A stretch of DNA of 64,000 bases from the human T2T-CHM13v2.0 reference genome, Homo sapiens, in assembly GCF_009914755.1 (NCBI RefSeq), contig NC_060935.1. One strand, written 5' to 3'. Below the pieces are notes generated by a model, which was given only the letters and a program-made list of their open reading frames with translations, was not told where the DNA came from and made no database searches. This document shows, piece by piece, positions 1 to 12,825 of this stretch (position 1 is the first letter of the stretch; every line of letters begins with the position of its first letter). Made by a program: the position numbers and the translations under genes.

Positions 1-224
1 ATAACTTGGCCCTTTCAGAAACCCAAATTTATCAGCACCCCAATGGCAATAGGACCTGAAGACACTTGAAAAGTTCCTGTGAGACTGAAGCACAAAGCAG
101 AATAACAATATATTAATTGACACTGAGAAACAAAATTGTCCACATTGGTCTTACCGTAGGTTTCTACAAAGAATAAGCCACATTATCCTCAGAATGTTGT
201 TGGGTGGGCATAGTAAATCATAAA

Positions 225-425
225 TGGCATTTCTCACTTATTCGGTGACACTTTGGAACAGAACTTAACATTCATTATGTAAAGTTATTCTGCCCACTTC
301 ACAGATGAAGAAAATGAGTCTCAGAAATGCTAAGTAGCTTGCTCAAACTCACAGCTAGTAAGGAGTAAAGCTGGGGTTCAAATTCAGGACTTCGGCACCA
401 CAGCCTGCTTGTTTAACCACTGACA
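225..425 (-). mobile_element. MIR
   Basis: Antisense MIR core (cacagatgaagaaaatgagtctcaga...tcacagctagtaag). Confidence 0.75.
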
Positions 426-739
426 GATGCCAAATGCATGCTGTTGCCACAGAGAAAAATAGTGATAAGTTTTTGTCTAAGTCAAGTTGACGTTGAACAT
501 AATACCCATGACGGTGCTGTGAAATAGTATTGTAGCCTTACAGATGGGAAGGATTATTGTTGAAAATGCTCTCCCCCAAATGAATCTTTATAATCAGGGT
601 TTTATGTTGAACACACTAGGTGATAGTTACTTTTTAAAGGACTCTTCCTATACAGCAAGTAAATGATTTTGTTTCTGAAAATGAATCATCAACCCTGATT
701 TACTTACTGTTTAGCAAATCTGTGGGAGTCCGAAATATA

Positions 740-935
740 TCGCCTGGGGCCAGGTAGACCTCAGATTCCAATTCTGGATCAACATCAGCCATGTTGCCTT
801 GGACACATGAGTCATCTGCTCAGTCTTCCTTATTTGCAAAACAGATGATACTATCTACCCCACAGGGCTTTTTAAAGAGAAATGGGGGGAAAGGTGTATA
901 ACATGCTTAGCATGGATCCTGCACAGGGTAAACAC
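740..935 (+). mobile_element. MIR
   Basis: ccttggaca...ctcagtcttccttatttgcaaaac...ctaccccacagggc. Confidence 0.7.
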
Positions 936-1019
936 AAGTTTTACTTTTTATTTTTCAGGGTAATCCAATTTACTCTCCAGTTCAGTTATTCAAGTTGCCT
1001 GTGTCATTCTTACCACAGC

Positions 1020-1052
1020 TACTATCACCATCATCATCATCATTATTATCAT
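1020..1052. repeat. (CAT/TAT)n microsatellite
   Basis: catcatcatcatcattattatcat. Confidence 0.8.
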
Positions 1053-1952
1053 TTTTATTCAGCTACCCAATGTAGCTGTTCAATTCACTGTGATGATGGT
1101 ATTGATAATGCACCTATTCAATATGCTGTCCAATTCAACTCACACATTTGTAATAAACGCCTAACCCTGATGTTGACTTTAGCAGTAACCACCCCACTGG
1201 GCCCTGATCACACTGTGCCCATGTGATTTTCCCCTTCATCAGCTCTCTTTACGTCAGAGACAGGCACATAATGGCCATGCTAGGAGGGAAATCGGAATTC
1301 TTTTTGTATTCAAGGGGCATGCATCTTTCTTGGTTGGCCTACATAGGCAGGAGGCTATTTTCAAGCCTGATTTGAAGCCCATCTCATGTCAAACAATCCC
1401 AGTCTCTAGAAGAGGCTGTCCTTTAAATGTTGTGATCATGACAGAGCCTTGCCTAATAGTAGCTGGGACTGGAAGGGCTATCAGGGGCTGGGCTCTGAGC
1501 ACCTGCCAGGTGATGGGGCGGGGGCCAAACATGACCTTGGCTTCATCAAGCCTCCACTTCCCCTAAGGATTCTGGGCAATACTCTTCAACAAACTTCTCA
1601 TTGCCTCAAATGATGTTCAAGCCAGTTCCAAGTGTAGCTCCTGGCACATTCTCCCTGGAGAGCAGCAGCCACTGTCCACAACCATCTGTAGGCAAACCTG
1701 CTTGACAGGGTGTGGTAAGGCCAGCTGATCCTTGCTCTTCCTTGTCTTAGTTTTGTGATCTCAGGCAAGTCATTTAACCTTTCTACACATCAGTCTCTTC
1801 ATCAGTAAAATGAGAATACCCACTTTCCACAGGTAAATGAAGGTTGAATGGAATAACTCCTAATTAGCCATCAACACACACTAGTTCCCTTTCCCCCTTC
1901 CCTTCAGACATACCTGCGCAGGGAACACACATAAGAAGACCCAGGGAAGAGA

Positions 1953-3135
1953 ATGGTTATGAAAAGCCTTGGCAAATGGCAAAGGGAAAAGAAAGAAATG
2001 CTTTTGGGGCATTCACTGTGTGTCAGGCACTGTGCTAGTTGGATGCTTTACAGATGATATTTTATGCCACATTGTTTTTCATAGCAGCTACATCATTTTG
2101 CTGAATCCATTTTTAAAAATGATAAAATTGAGGTTCAGAGGCTAAGCAATAGGCATGAGACCACACATTTAGGAAGTGGCAGTAAGTGGCAGTCAGACAT
2201 CATTCTGAGTCCTGTGTGCCATCACTGAGTAGTAATAAGAATATGGTTATGAAAGGACTTGGCAAATGATAAAGAGAAGAGAAAGAAACACTGTCAGGCA
2301 CTGTATTAGGCTCTTTAGAGATGACATTTTATGTCATTCTCAGAATTACTCTGGAAAGAAGATATTACCTAATCCCCTTTTAAAACATTGAGGTAAAATA
2401 CACATAATATAAAATTTACCATTTTAACCCTTTTCAAGTCTATACTTCAATGGCATTGAGTACATTCACACTACTGTGCTGCCATCACCATCATCCCTGT
2501 ACAGAACTCTTCATCTTTCAAAATTGAAACTCTATACCCATTAGACAATAAAGCCCTATTCCCCCTTCCCTCCAGACCCTGGCAACCACCCTTCTACTTT
2601 CTGTCTCCATGAATTTGACTACTCTAGGTACCTCTTAAAAGTGGAATCATACATCATATGTCTTGTTGTGACTGGCTTATTTCACTTACATAATATTCTT
2701 CAGGTTGATCCACGTTGTAGCATGTGTCAGAATTCCCTTTCTTTTTCAAGGCTGAATAATACTTCGTTGCATATATATATGCTACATCTTATTGATCCAT
2801 TCATCTGCCAATGGATACCCAGGTGGTTTGCACCTTTTTTGGCTATTGCAAATAATGCTGCTATGTCCATGGACATATAGACCTCTCTTTGAGACCCTGC
2901 TTTTAATTCTTTTGGGTTCCACTCAGAAGTACAATTGCTGGATCTATAGTAATTTCATTTTTAACTTTTTGAGGAATTGCCATACTGTTTTTCACTGTAG
3001 CTACAACATTTTACCTAATCCATTTTTAAAGATAATAAAATTGAGGTTCAGAGGCTAAGCAATAGGTATGAGATCACACATTTAGGAAGTGGTAGTCAGA
3101 CATCATTCTAGGTCCTGGGTGCCCTCACTAAATAG
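1953..3135 (+). repeat. Old tandem duplication (copy 1 1953-2232; copy 2 2243-3135) of unique DNA plus MIR
   Basis: Both copies start atggttatgaaa.g..ttggcaaatg and share aaaattgaggttcagaggctaagcaatagg...cacacatttaggaagtgg...agtcagacatcattct. Confidence 0.9.
2376..3010 (-). mobile_element. 5'-truncated L1MB-type 3' end inserted in a MIR
   Basis: Antisense L1MB-type 3' UTR. TSD ttacctaatcc at 2365-2375 and 3011-3021. Confidence 0.85.
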
Positions 3136-3350
3136 CAGTTCCCAAAGCCAGGGCTCAGCCAAGTACATTAGAATCATCCAGCACACCTGTTAAGCAAATA
3201 AATTCCTGGGCCTCCATCCAGGTCTAGAGAAATAGAATTACTAGGGATGGGGCCTAGTAGTCTGTATTTTCAAAACAACAACAAAAAATAAGCTAAACAA
3301 CCAACAAATGTCTGGGTATTTCTGGTGAGCATCTAGGTTTGATAATCATT
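3136..3350. mobile_element. MER5-type hAT-Charlie MITE
   Basis: cagttcccaaa...cattagaatca...aattcctgggcctcc...ggggcctag...tctgtatttt...aggtttga layout. Confidence 0.65.
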
Positions 3351-4834
3351 ATTATTGTGATAATCATTATCATTATTGTCCTTGTTGTTATAAAAATCAT
3401 TGTCATAACAATTCCATACCCACTTCAGGTCATTGATTTATAACTATCTGAAAACAGTGGGAATGCAAGGATAATCAAGGAAAGAAAGTCTCAGAACTGG
3501 CTTTGCTCTCCAGCAACTGCTGGCTTTCAAAGGGGGACACATTTAGTATTCTAATCATCAAGGCATCAGCCAGGCGCCTGCCCAGACCTTTCTTAGATTC
3601 CTAACACTCATTAAGCAGTTCAAACCAATGTGTTCCTAAGTAAGTATGCGCAGAGGCAGGCTGTTGGCATTTTAATCTCATTAGTGAACTGAAGCCCTAA
3701 GAGGAAGTAGCCACAACAGCCTCTTGCTCCAATGGGGTAAGACTCTTCACACCCTGAGACTGGCAGCCCGCCCCTCTACTCTCTCCCATCTGTCCTCTCC
3801 AGATGTCCATCCTCTCCTGATCCTGGAGCAAAAGGCTCTGGTAAACTAGAGCTTGATGACTTGCAGGGCAGTGGCTGCAAATAGCTCGATAACCAGCTCA
3901 GGTAACCAGGCTGTCTATATCCCAGAATAGACATTGAATTATCTACCCCAGCCTGACATATTCCGTTGGCACCAGGCCACAGGCACTGCTCCCTGAATCC
4001 AACTGTCTGGGTCCCCTCCCCCATCAATACCCTTGATAGAAGCCAGACGAGGCTTTGAAGCCTTGGGAAGGAAGCATCCACAGGCATCTTCCCAGCACAA
4101 AGCCCTCATTGTTGGATGAAGAAGGCATGGGAGTAGAAGAGGGAGTGCTTGTCTATTGTCAACGCAGGACAGCTGAAAGGACTTCAGTGAAAAATGACCT
4201 TATAAACCAACAGATGAGGGAATATGCAAAATATGTAACTAGGACCATCTACTTCCCTAAGATAGAGATAGCTGAGGCTTTCTCTGCAAATGCTCATAGA
4301 AAAACACACAGTAACACCTGTACTCACTTATTCTGCTGAAATTAAATCAAGAGGCAAATGTAAAACAGATCCATCCATCCACCCATCTGTCTGTCTGTCC
4401 AGTTAATTGTTTTGTTCAATAAAACACTAACTTAGTGCCCACCATGGGCATGAACTAGGCTGGAAGGAACAACAATAATCAAAATCAGACGTTTCTAACT
4501 AGGGACACATTGTTACTGGTAGGATTTGGGCAGTAACAATGCTGAGGTCTCACCAAGCATTGTCTATAACTGAGTCCATGTCTTATGCAACATATGTAGG
4601 AGCTGTTATGATGAATACTCATTCAGTTAAAACATTGCTGAATCCACAGCAGCTTGTTGTCATTACATATTTTCCCAACAATAAAAGTGAAAAATATAAA
4701 TACTAAATACTGGGAGATTTTGGACATGCTCTAGGCAGATAAAAGTGCAGAATCACAAAGTATGGTTTCATGAATGGAGATGATCACAACCAAAACCACT
4801 ACCATAATAACTTACTATTATATGACAACAAATA

Positions 4835-5040
4835 AATAACTTACTATTTGTTGGGCATTATTCTAACTGCTTTACTTGTTAACCCCCACAGCAAATCTAT
4901 GAGATAGACATTACTGTTATCCCATTTTGCAGATGATAAAACTGAGGCCTCGGGAGCTTATATAACTTGCCCAAGGTCACACATTAGTAATGGGAGAGCT
5001 TGGATTTAAACTCAGCTCCAGAGCGATTGCTTTTAACTAT
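4835..5040 (-). mobile_element. MIR
   Basis: cccattttgcagatgataaaactgaggc...aacttgcccaaggtcacac. Confidence 0.8.
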
Positions 5041-5156
5041 CTTTGTAATGGTAGTTGTGATCATATTGTCCAAAACACTCTTAGATGGGGAGACAGAGAC
5101 TTAGAGAGGCCATGTGACATGCCCAAAGCCACACAATGAGCTCTGGAGGAGCTAGG

Positions 5157-5247
5157 GCTTTCCTGTCTTCCATTCTAGTTTTCTTGTTTACATAGGCTTT
5201 CTAGGAGCTTTCCTGTCTTCCATTCTAGTTTTCTTGTTTACATAGGC
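5157..5247 (+). repeat. Tandem duplication, 41 bp perfect, period 50
   Basis: gctttcctgtcttccattctagttttcttgtttacataggc at 5157-5197 and 5207-5247. Confidence 0.97.
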
Positions 5248-7164
5248 CAGACTTCACCCCAAAGTGGAAGTCAAAATAATCTGGGCTTGAGGACAAAGGA
5301 AAGGCAAGAGAGACCAGAAAGTTCAAGGTAAAACAAATGCTGTCTTTTTGTATAATCTGGAACACGGTTTTCTTTTCCTGGGTTGTTGCTTTGTCTAGGA
5401 TTTCCTTGGGAGAAACCCCTGACACATGGGAAGGAAGACTCAGGCTGTACTGAAAAGACTCTGGGTTCCCAGCCAAGTAGCTTTATTTTAGGCATAAAGG
5501 ACCATGCGGCGGAGTAGCCCAGCTCTTCCCTGGCCCACACAAGACTTCATTTCTCTCTAATTAGCATCTCACAGTTGCACAGCCAGGAAGCCCTAGGAAT
5601 GAGGGCCCTGTTCCTCTGAGCAAGTAGTGTCCAATTACATCCCAGTGATCTGTCTGTGGCCACTGCAGCCATGCCAGACTGCACAGTTGGCTCAGGAACC
5701 CATCGTTTGCTGGAGGACAGGTCTTAGGGAGGCAGCAGGTGGTGGTGGAAAGAGTTTGGAGTTTAACAATACTGGATAGGAATTCTGGACCCACTGCACA
5801 CTGGCTGTCTGACCATGGACAAGTTTCCTCACTATTCTAGGACCAGTTTCTGAATCTATAAAATGAGGATAATACCTTTCTTGTTTATGAGTGAACATAT
5901 GCAAAGCACCTGGCACAGTTTTGCTCTGAAAAATGAGAATATAAGAATAGATTGATGTTGTCCAAACCTTTTATCATAGGATAACCACTTTTTGTTTCCC
6001 CACCGCTCAAGAAAAATACTAAGGTAAAATTTCAATGTCTAACAGAGATTCAGGATTGCTGCTGGTTGGTGAGGGGTTTGTGGGGTTCAGGGTTCTGCTT
6101 AAAAATGTGTCTCCTTTCTTCCTACAGTGGGCCTTGAGGTTCCTCTAGGGAATGCAATTTGACCAGGTGATTGCTAGTCCCCTTTTAATGTTAATTAATA
6201 AAAATAATGCAAGGAAATAAGGAAGGAAGGGGGGAAAGAAAGGAGGAAGGGAAAGCACTCTTTTCTTTTATCACTGGGAGATTTATATTTGTCGGGCACT
6301 GTTACTAAGAAGAGAATGGAGCTAATCGTCCACTAGAGAAGTTGGAGCCTGGACAGCCCATTTAAAGATTAAAAGGTGATTTTTAAAAAGTGGGGTTCTA
6401 TGGGAACACAAAGCAGGGGGTCTGATTGAGTTTAGCAATCAAGGAAGCTGAGACTTGGAAGATGAGAGATGTCCACTGGGACTAGCTTAGCAATGGCGGT
6501 ACAGAGACGGGACTGGATTCATGACCTTTTGGAGATAGCATCTCTAGGCCTTGGTGACTGACTGGATATGGGGTCATGACAGTAAAGGGTGCTACCAAAA
6601 AACGATACCCAGGTTTCTGGCCTGTAAGCCAGGTTTGAAGCTGAAAGTAGGGCATAAAAAGAACAAGAGTCCACTGCCTCCATGATCAGATCCAACAAGA
6701 TCCAACTGGTACCCCTTGTCCACTGCCCACACAACTGTCCATCCTTCCCCCACTAAAGGAACTGATTCCCACCACACCCTGTGAAAAGCATTAAGGTCAG
6801 GAGAACTCTACACAGTCTAGAAAACATCTGTAGGCAGAGGTATTTCTGGAAAGTACAGCAACTGCTTGCAGTAAATTAATAATAGATGTGCTGGACTCCC
6901 TCAGAAATATTTACCCAGCCTGCATGGTTAAGCACCAATAACCGGGAAGGGAACCTGAGCCTTACCTCAAACAGCCCTGACTACTGGAAATGAAGCAACG
7001 TCATCCTGGCTCTTCCTGATGCCAGTGGGGGCAGAAAACAAATTTGCAGAGTGCCTCACTCAGGTATATGAGAATCTTCAGTCTGCTGGGAAACGTTGGG
7101 AAAGGGAACTCAGACCCTGGGAGGTAAACACTGGAATAAGACAATAGATGAGGACTGTCTCATG

Positions 7165-7410
7165 TATATTATGCTTACATAGTGCTTACTATGGGCCAGG
7201 ACCAAACCTATATTAACACATTTAATCCTGGGCGTTATTGAGCTGGACACTAAATAGTTATAGCACTATTTTTAGGCCCATTTTACAGCTGAAAATACTG
7301 AGATATTGAAAAGTTACGACAACTTTCCCAAGGAACTAGCTAGGAAGTGATGGAGCTGGGATTCAACCCAGGTAGTCTGGCCCCAAGGTATATGCCCTAA
7401 ACCACTTTGC
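7165..7410 (-). mobile_element. MIR
   Basis: cccattttacagctgaaaatactgag...gagctgggattcaacccagg. Confidence 0.75.
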
Positions 7411-7764
7411 TTTGGCTGCCCCTTGTTGCCAGTAGTCAAGAGAGGGGGTCAAGTCAGAGGAAAAAGGCCCTACATTAAACTGCCAAAAGTACACTTGGAC
7501 GACACCCTGCTATATGCATCCTCTCTGTCTCCAGCCTCTGTTGAGAACTCTGGACTCTTCTCTCCAGACAAACGCAGTAGCCCCTTTTTTTTTTTTTTTT
7601 ATTAAGAATTTACTGAGCACTCACTGGGGGACAGAGACTGTGCTAGGCTTGGACTGGGCCTTGTGCAATGCACACAAAATGTCCCTTTTCGGGGAAGCCC
7701 CATCCTCTCTCCTTCCTTAGAGCTCTAACCTAGCCTTCAGGCCATTCTCTAGGATGAACTGAAG

Positions 7765-8012
7765 AACAGAGGGGTTTGAATAAACACGCAAAAGGGATTC
7801 TGGGGCAAATAAGTTCGGGAAACATGAGGCTAGCACCCTTACTGCAGGTCTTCTCAGAGCCTTTAGTGTGCTAGTGGCCCTGAGATCAACCAAGAGGAGT
7901 CAGTGTACAGGGCTTCTCAGATCACTCAACAGGGAAAACTTTCTTTTTCTTCTTCTTCTTTTTTTAAACCCATTTTATAGGGCTGATGTATCACAGAACA
8001 CAGCTTGGGAGC
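7765..8012. mobile_element. hAT-Charlie remnant (MER103C-like)
   Basis: caaataagttcgggaaac...ttactgcaggtcttctcagagccttta resembles the recalled MER103C consensus. Confidence 0.55.
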
Positions 8013-8187
8013 CTGGGATATTTTGTCCTACAATAATACCTACTATGTCAAATTCATATTGGGTTTTGACTGTGGGTCCGTTGGCAGGACTCTGAGGCTG
8101 GGTACTTTGTCCTGCATCTCTGCCAAGCTCCTGCCTTCAGCCAGGCCTAAATCAGAAGAGTTCTCTGCAAGTTTTCTTCCACAATGG

Positions 8188-8618
8188 TGTGATGGTTAAT
8201 ATTGAGTGCCAACTTGATTGGATTGAAGGATACAAAGTATTATTCCTGGGTGTGTGTGTGAGGGTGTTGCCAAAGGAGATTAACATTTGAGTCAGTGGGC
8301 TGGGAAAGGCAGACCCACCCTTAATATGGATTGGCAAAATCTAATCAGCTTCCTGGCTAGAATATAAGCAGGCAGAAAAATGTGAAAGGAGGGACTGGCC
8401 TAGCCTCCCAGCCTACATCTTTCTCCTGTGCTGGATGCTTCCTGGCCTCAAAAATCGGACTCCACGTTCTTCAGTTTTGGAAGCTGGACTGGCTCTCTTT
8501 GCTCCTCAGCCTGCAGACAGCCTATTGTGGGATCTTGTGACAGTGTGAGTTAATACTTAATAGACTACCCTTATCATATATATATGTGTGTGTGTGTATA
8601 TATACATACATATGCACG

Positions 8619-8666
<48 letters not shown>

Positions 8667-8868
8667 CATACATATATATATCTAGAACCACTCCTGGTAC
8701 CAAAATCTGTATTAGGGTTCTCTAGAGGGACAGAACTAATCAAATATATATATATATATACACATATATATGTGTATATATATGTATATGTATGTGTATA
8801 TATATGTATATGTATGTGTGTGTATATATATACACATATGTATATATATGTATATGTATGTGTATATA

Positions 8869-8921
<53 letters not shown>

Positions 8922-8969
8922 ATATATATATATTTGATTAGTTCTGTCCCTCTAGAAAACCCTAATACA
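8188..8969 (+). mobile_element. 5' LTR (MLT2A1-like), expanded by (TA/TG)n and an inverted duplication
   Basis: Starts tgtgatggttaatattgagtgccaacttgattggattg and ends ctctagaaaaccctaataca. About 10% divergent from the 3' LTR by manual count (~39 substitutions in ~385 bp). Poly(A) signal reads aataga here but aataaa in the 3' LTR. Confidence 0.9.
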
Positions 8970-8996
8970 GATTTTGGGACCAGGAGTGGTTCTAGA
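8681..8996. repeat. Inverted repeat, ~76-bp arms (8681-8756 and 8921-8996) around a (TA/TG)n spacer
   Basis: The reverse complement of 8681-8756 matches 8921-8996 with 2 mismatches. Confidence 0.95.
8970..8996 (+). promoter_or_regulatory. HERV-L primer binding site region (tRNA-Leu type)
   Basis: gattttgggaccaggagtggttctaga lies immediately after the LTR-terminal CA. HERV-L is named for its Leu-tRNA PBS. Confidence 0.75.
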
Positions 8997-9051
8997 GAAA
9001 TAGAATATTAAGGATGGAGTATTTTGGTGGTTTCAGGGTTTCTGGAATTGG

Positions 9052-10680
9052 TTGCTTAATATGATTAGACCCCAAAATGCTAAGGACTCTACTTCTAATC
9101 CTGTGGAGAACACTGATAGTCCTTGGTGTGAACTGTTTACAGACTTATGCAAAATAAATCCATTTGACACTCCTGATTCATTGCTCGTGAGAAGCAAGGG
9201 GTTTAGTGACTCTATACCTAATACTTTTGAACATATGTGGAGAGCTAAGGAACATAATGAAGCTGGTTGGTTGCTCTTAAGTTCAGTAGACAAAGTGATG
9301 AAAGAAAGTAATGAACTCAGGGATTCCATCTCCTGGCTTCAGAAGCAGATAGTGAGCCTCAAATCTGTTAAGACTGCCCTGAATGAGAGTCTTATCTCCT
9401 GCAGGGAAAGAGCTGAAATTGTGGAAAAACAGACACAAGCTCTTATCATGTGAGTGGCTGACCTGCAACAAAAGATGCATGCACAGCCTCACCAGGTGTC
9501 TACGGTTAAAGTGAAGGCATTGATTGAAAAAGAATGGGACCCTGCAACTTGGAATGGGGGGTGTGTGGGACGACCCTGATGAAGCTGGGGATTCTGAGTT
9601 TGTAAACTCTGATGAACTTTTTTGCCAGAAGAAACAGCTTCCCCATCCCCAGTAGTGGCAACATTCCCTCCCTGACCCATGCTGCCCCATCAGCCTTTCC
9701 ATCTTTGTCTGAGGACATAAACCCTGAGCTGCCTGAGGCAACAGTGATGGCCTCCCCTGAGGCAGTTGCCAGGCAAGATAATGTTGACTCTCTTCAGGAG
9801 CCACCCCCAACACCCCTGTTTGCTTCTAGACCTATAACTAAAGTCCCAGCGAGCCCCTAGAGGTGAGGATGAGAGTGTGACCCATGAGGAAGTGCGCTAC
9901 ACTCAAAAAGAACTGCTTGAGTTTTCTAATTTATATAAACAGAAATCTGGAGAACAGGCATGGGAACGGATATTAAGGGTGTAGGATAATGGTAGAAGAA
10001 ACAGAGTTTAATCAGGCTGAATTTATTGATTTGGGCCCACTAAGTAGGGAATCTGCATTTAATGTTGCAGCTTGGAGAATTAAAAAAGGTTCTAATAGTT
10101 TATTTGCTTGGTTAGCTGAAATATGGATTAAAAGATGGCCCACTGTGAGTTAGCTGGAAATGCTTGATCTCCCTTGGTTTAATGTAGAGGAAGGGATCCA
10201 AAGGCTTAGGGAGATTGGGATGGTGGAGTGAATTAGTCACTTTAGACCTACTCATCCCAGTTGGGAGGGTTCAAAAGATATACCCTTGACCAATGCTTGT
10301 GAAATAGATTTGTGAGGGCAGCACCTGCATCTTTAAAGAGCCCTGTAATTGCTCATCTCTGTATGTCAGATCTAACAGTGGGAACCACAGTCACTCAACT
10401 ACAAAATTTAAATATAATGGGAATAATTGGATCCCAAGGTGGCAGGGGCCAAGTGGCGGCACTCAACTGTCAAAGGCAAGGTGGGCATTGCTACCTTAAT
10501 GGACAGCAGAGGCAAAGTGGAAATCAGAATAGTCTGATTTGTGTAGAGCTCTGGCATTGGCTAATTTATCATGGTGTTACTAGAAGTGAAACTGATAGGA
10601 AGCCTACTGCATTCCTATGTAATTTATACAAGTAGAAAAATTCTAGGTCGAATGGACAAAAGACTAATTTGAATAATAAA
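9052..10680 (+). pseudogene. HERV-L gag, disrupted
   Basis: ORF fragments 9052-9453, 9612-9860 and 10312-10635, positioned after the PBS and broken by stops and frameshifts. Confidence 0.85.
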
Positions 10681-10718
10681 AAAACAGAGAATCATGGCCC
10701 CTCAATCAATTTCCAGAC

Positions 10719-12825
10719 TTGTGCCAGTTTACAGACCCTGACCCCTTGAATGAAGGGGGAGGCCAGCTCTGCTTGAGGAAGGACCCTACTACATTATCAA
10801 CAATTTATCCAGTGAATCTTTCTCCCATCCTTCCCCAAGGAGACATCTGGCCTTTTACTACAGTAATTGTGCACTGGAGAAAGGGAAATGATCAGACATT
10901 TTGGGGACTACTGGACACTGGCTCTGAGCTGATGCTGACTCCACGGGACCCAAAACATCATTGTGATCCTCCAGTTAAAGTAGGCGCTTATGGAGGTCAG
11001 ATAATTAATGGAGTTTTAGCTCAGATCTGACTTATAGTGGGTCCAGTGGGTTCCCCCACTCATCCTGTTGCCATTTCCCCAGTGCTAGAATGCATAATTG
11101 GCATAGACAAACTTAGTAGCTAGCAGAACTCCCACATTGGCTCCCTGACTGGTAGTGTGAGGGCTATTATGGTAGGAAAGGCCAAATGGAAGCCATTAGA
11201 GCTGTCTCTACCTAGAAAAACAGTAAATCAAAAATAATATCCATCCCTGCAGGGATTGCAGAGATTAGTGACACCATCAAGGACTTGAAAGATGCAGGGG
11301 TGGTGATTCCCACCACATTCCTGTTCAACTCTCTCATTTGGCCTGTGCAGAAGACAGATGGATCTTGGAGAATAATAGTGGATTATTGTAAACTTAACCA
11401 AGTAGTGATCTCCTGGTACCTGGTATGCAGCCATTGACTTGGCAAATACTTTTTTTTTCCATTCCTGTCCATAAGCCCCAACAGAAGCAATTTGCCTTCA
11501 GCTGGCAAGGCCAGCAATATGCTTTTACTGTCCTACCTCAGGGGTATATCAACTCTCCAGCTTTGTTTCATAATCTTATTCGGGGAGACCTTGATCACTT
11601 TTTGCTTCAGCAGGATATCACACTGGTCCATTACATTGATGACCTTATGCTGATCGGATCCAGTGGGCAAGAAGTAGGAAACATGCTGGACTTATTGGTG
11701 AGACATTTGCATGCCAGAGAATGGGAAATAAATCCAACTAAAATTCAGTGACCTTCTACATCAGTAAAATTTCTAGGAGTCCAGTGGTATGGGGCCTGTC
11801 AAGATATTCCTTCAAGGTGAAGGATAAGTTGCTGCATTTGACCCCTCCTACAACCAAGAAAGAGGCACAATGTCTAGTGGGCCTATTTGGATTTTGGAGG
11901 CAAGACATTCCTCATCTGGGTGTGTTACTCCAGCCCATTTATTGAGTGACCCAAAAGGCTGCCAGTTTTGAGTGGGGTCCAGAAAAGAAGGGTCTGCAAC
12001 AGGTCCAGGCTGCTGTGCAAGCTGGGCCAGATGACCCAGCAGATCCAATGGTGCTTGAGGTGTCAGTGGCAGATAGGGATGATGTTTGGAGCCTTTGGCA
12101 GGCCCTCATAAGTAAATCACAGCAGAGGCCTCTAGGATTTTAGAGCAAAGCCCTGGCATCTTCTGCAGATAACTACTCTCCTTTTGAGAGACAGCTCTTG
12201 GCCTGTTACTGGGCTTTGGTGGAAACTGAACATTTGACTATGGGTCATCAAGTCACCATGAAACCTGTACTGTCTATCATGAACTGGGTGCTTTCAGACC
12301 CATCTATCCATAAAGTGGCTCATGCACAGCAGCATTCCATCATCAAAAGGAAATGGTATATACGTGATTGGGCTTGAGCAGGTCCTGAAGGCACAAATAA
12401 GTTACATGAGGAAGTGGCTCAAATGCCCACGGTCTCCACTCCAGCCACCCTGCCTTCTCTCCCCGAGCCTGCACCAGTGGCCTCATGGGGAGTTAGTTCC
12501 CTATGATCAGTTGACAGAAGAAGAGAAGACTAGGGCCTGGTTCACTGATGATTCTGCATGATATGCATGCACCACCTGGAAGTGGACAGCTGCAGCACTA
12601 CAGCCCCTTTTGAAAGGATATCTCTGAAGGACAGCAGTGAAGGGAAATCTTCCCAGTGGGCAGAACTTTGAGCAGTGCACCTAAACAGTGTGCACTTTGC
12701 ATGGAAGGAGAAATGACCAGATGTGTGATTATATATGATTCATGGGGTGTAGCAAATGGTCTGGCTGGATGGTCAGGGACTTGGAAGAAGCATGATTGGA
12801 AAATTGGTGACAAAAAAATTTGAGG
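10719..12825 (+). pseudogene. HERV-L protease, reverse transcriptase and N-terminal RNase H, disrupted
   Basis: LLDTGS (aspartic protease); LPQGY and HYIDD (RT) in ORF 11425-11751; AWFTD (RNase H) near 12540. Confidence 0.92.

Noticed and set aside
882-1226. 114-aa ORF with a poly-His run
   Set aside because: It starts in a MIR, the His run is a (CAT)n microsatellite, and there is no recognisable domain.
8522-9011. Two ORFs on opposite strands sharing ISSVPLENPNTDFGTRSGSR
   Set aside because: This simply reflects the inverted duplication of LTR/PBS sequence and is not a protein repeat.
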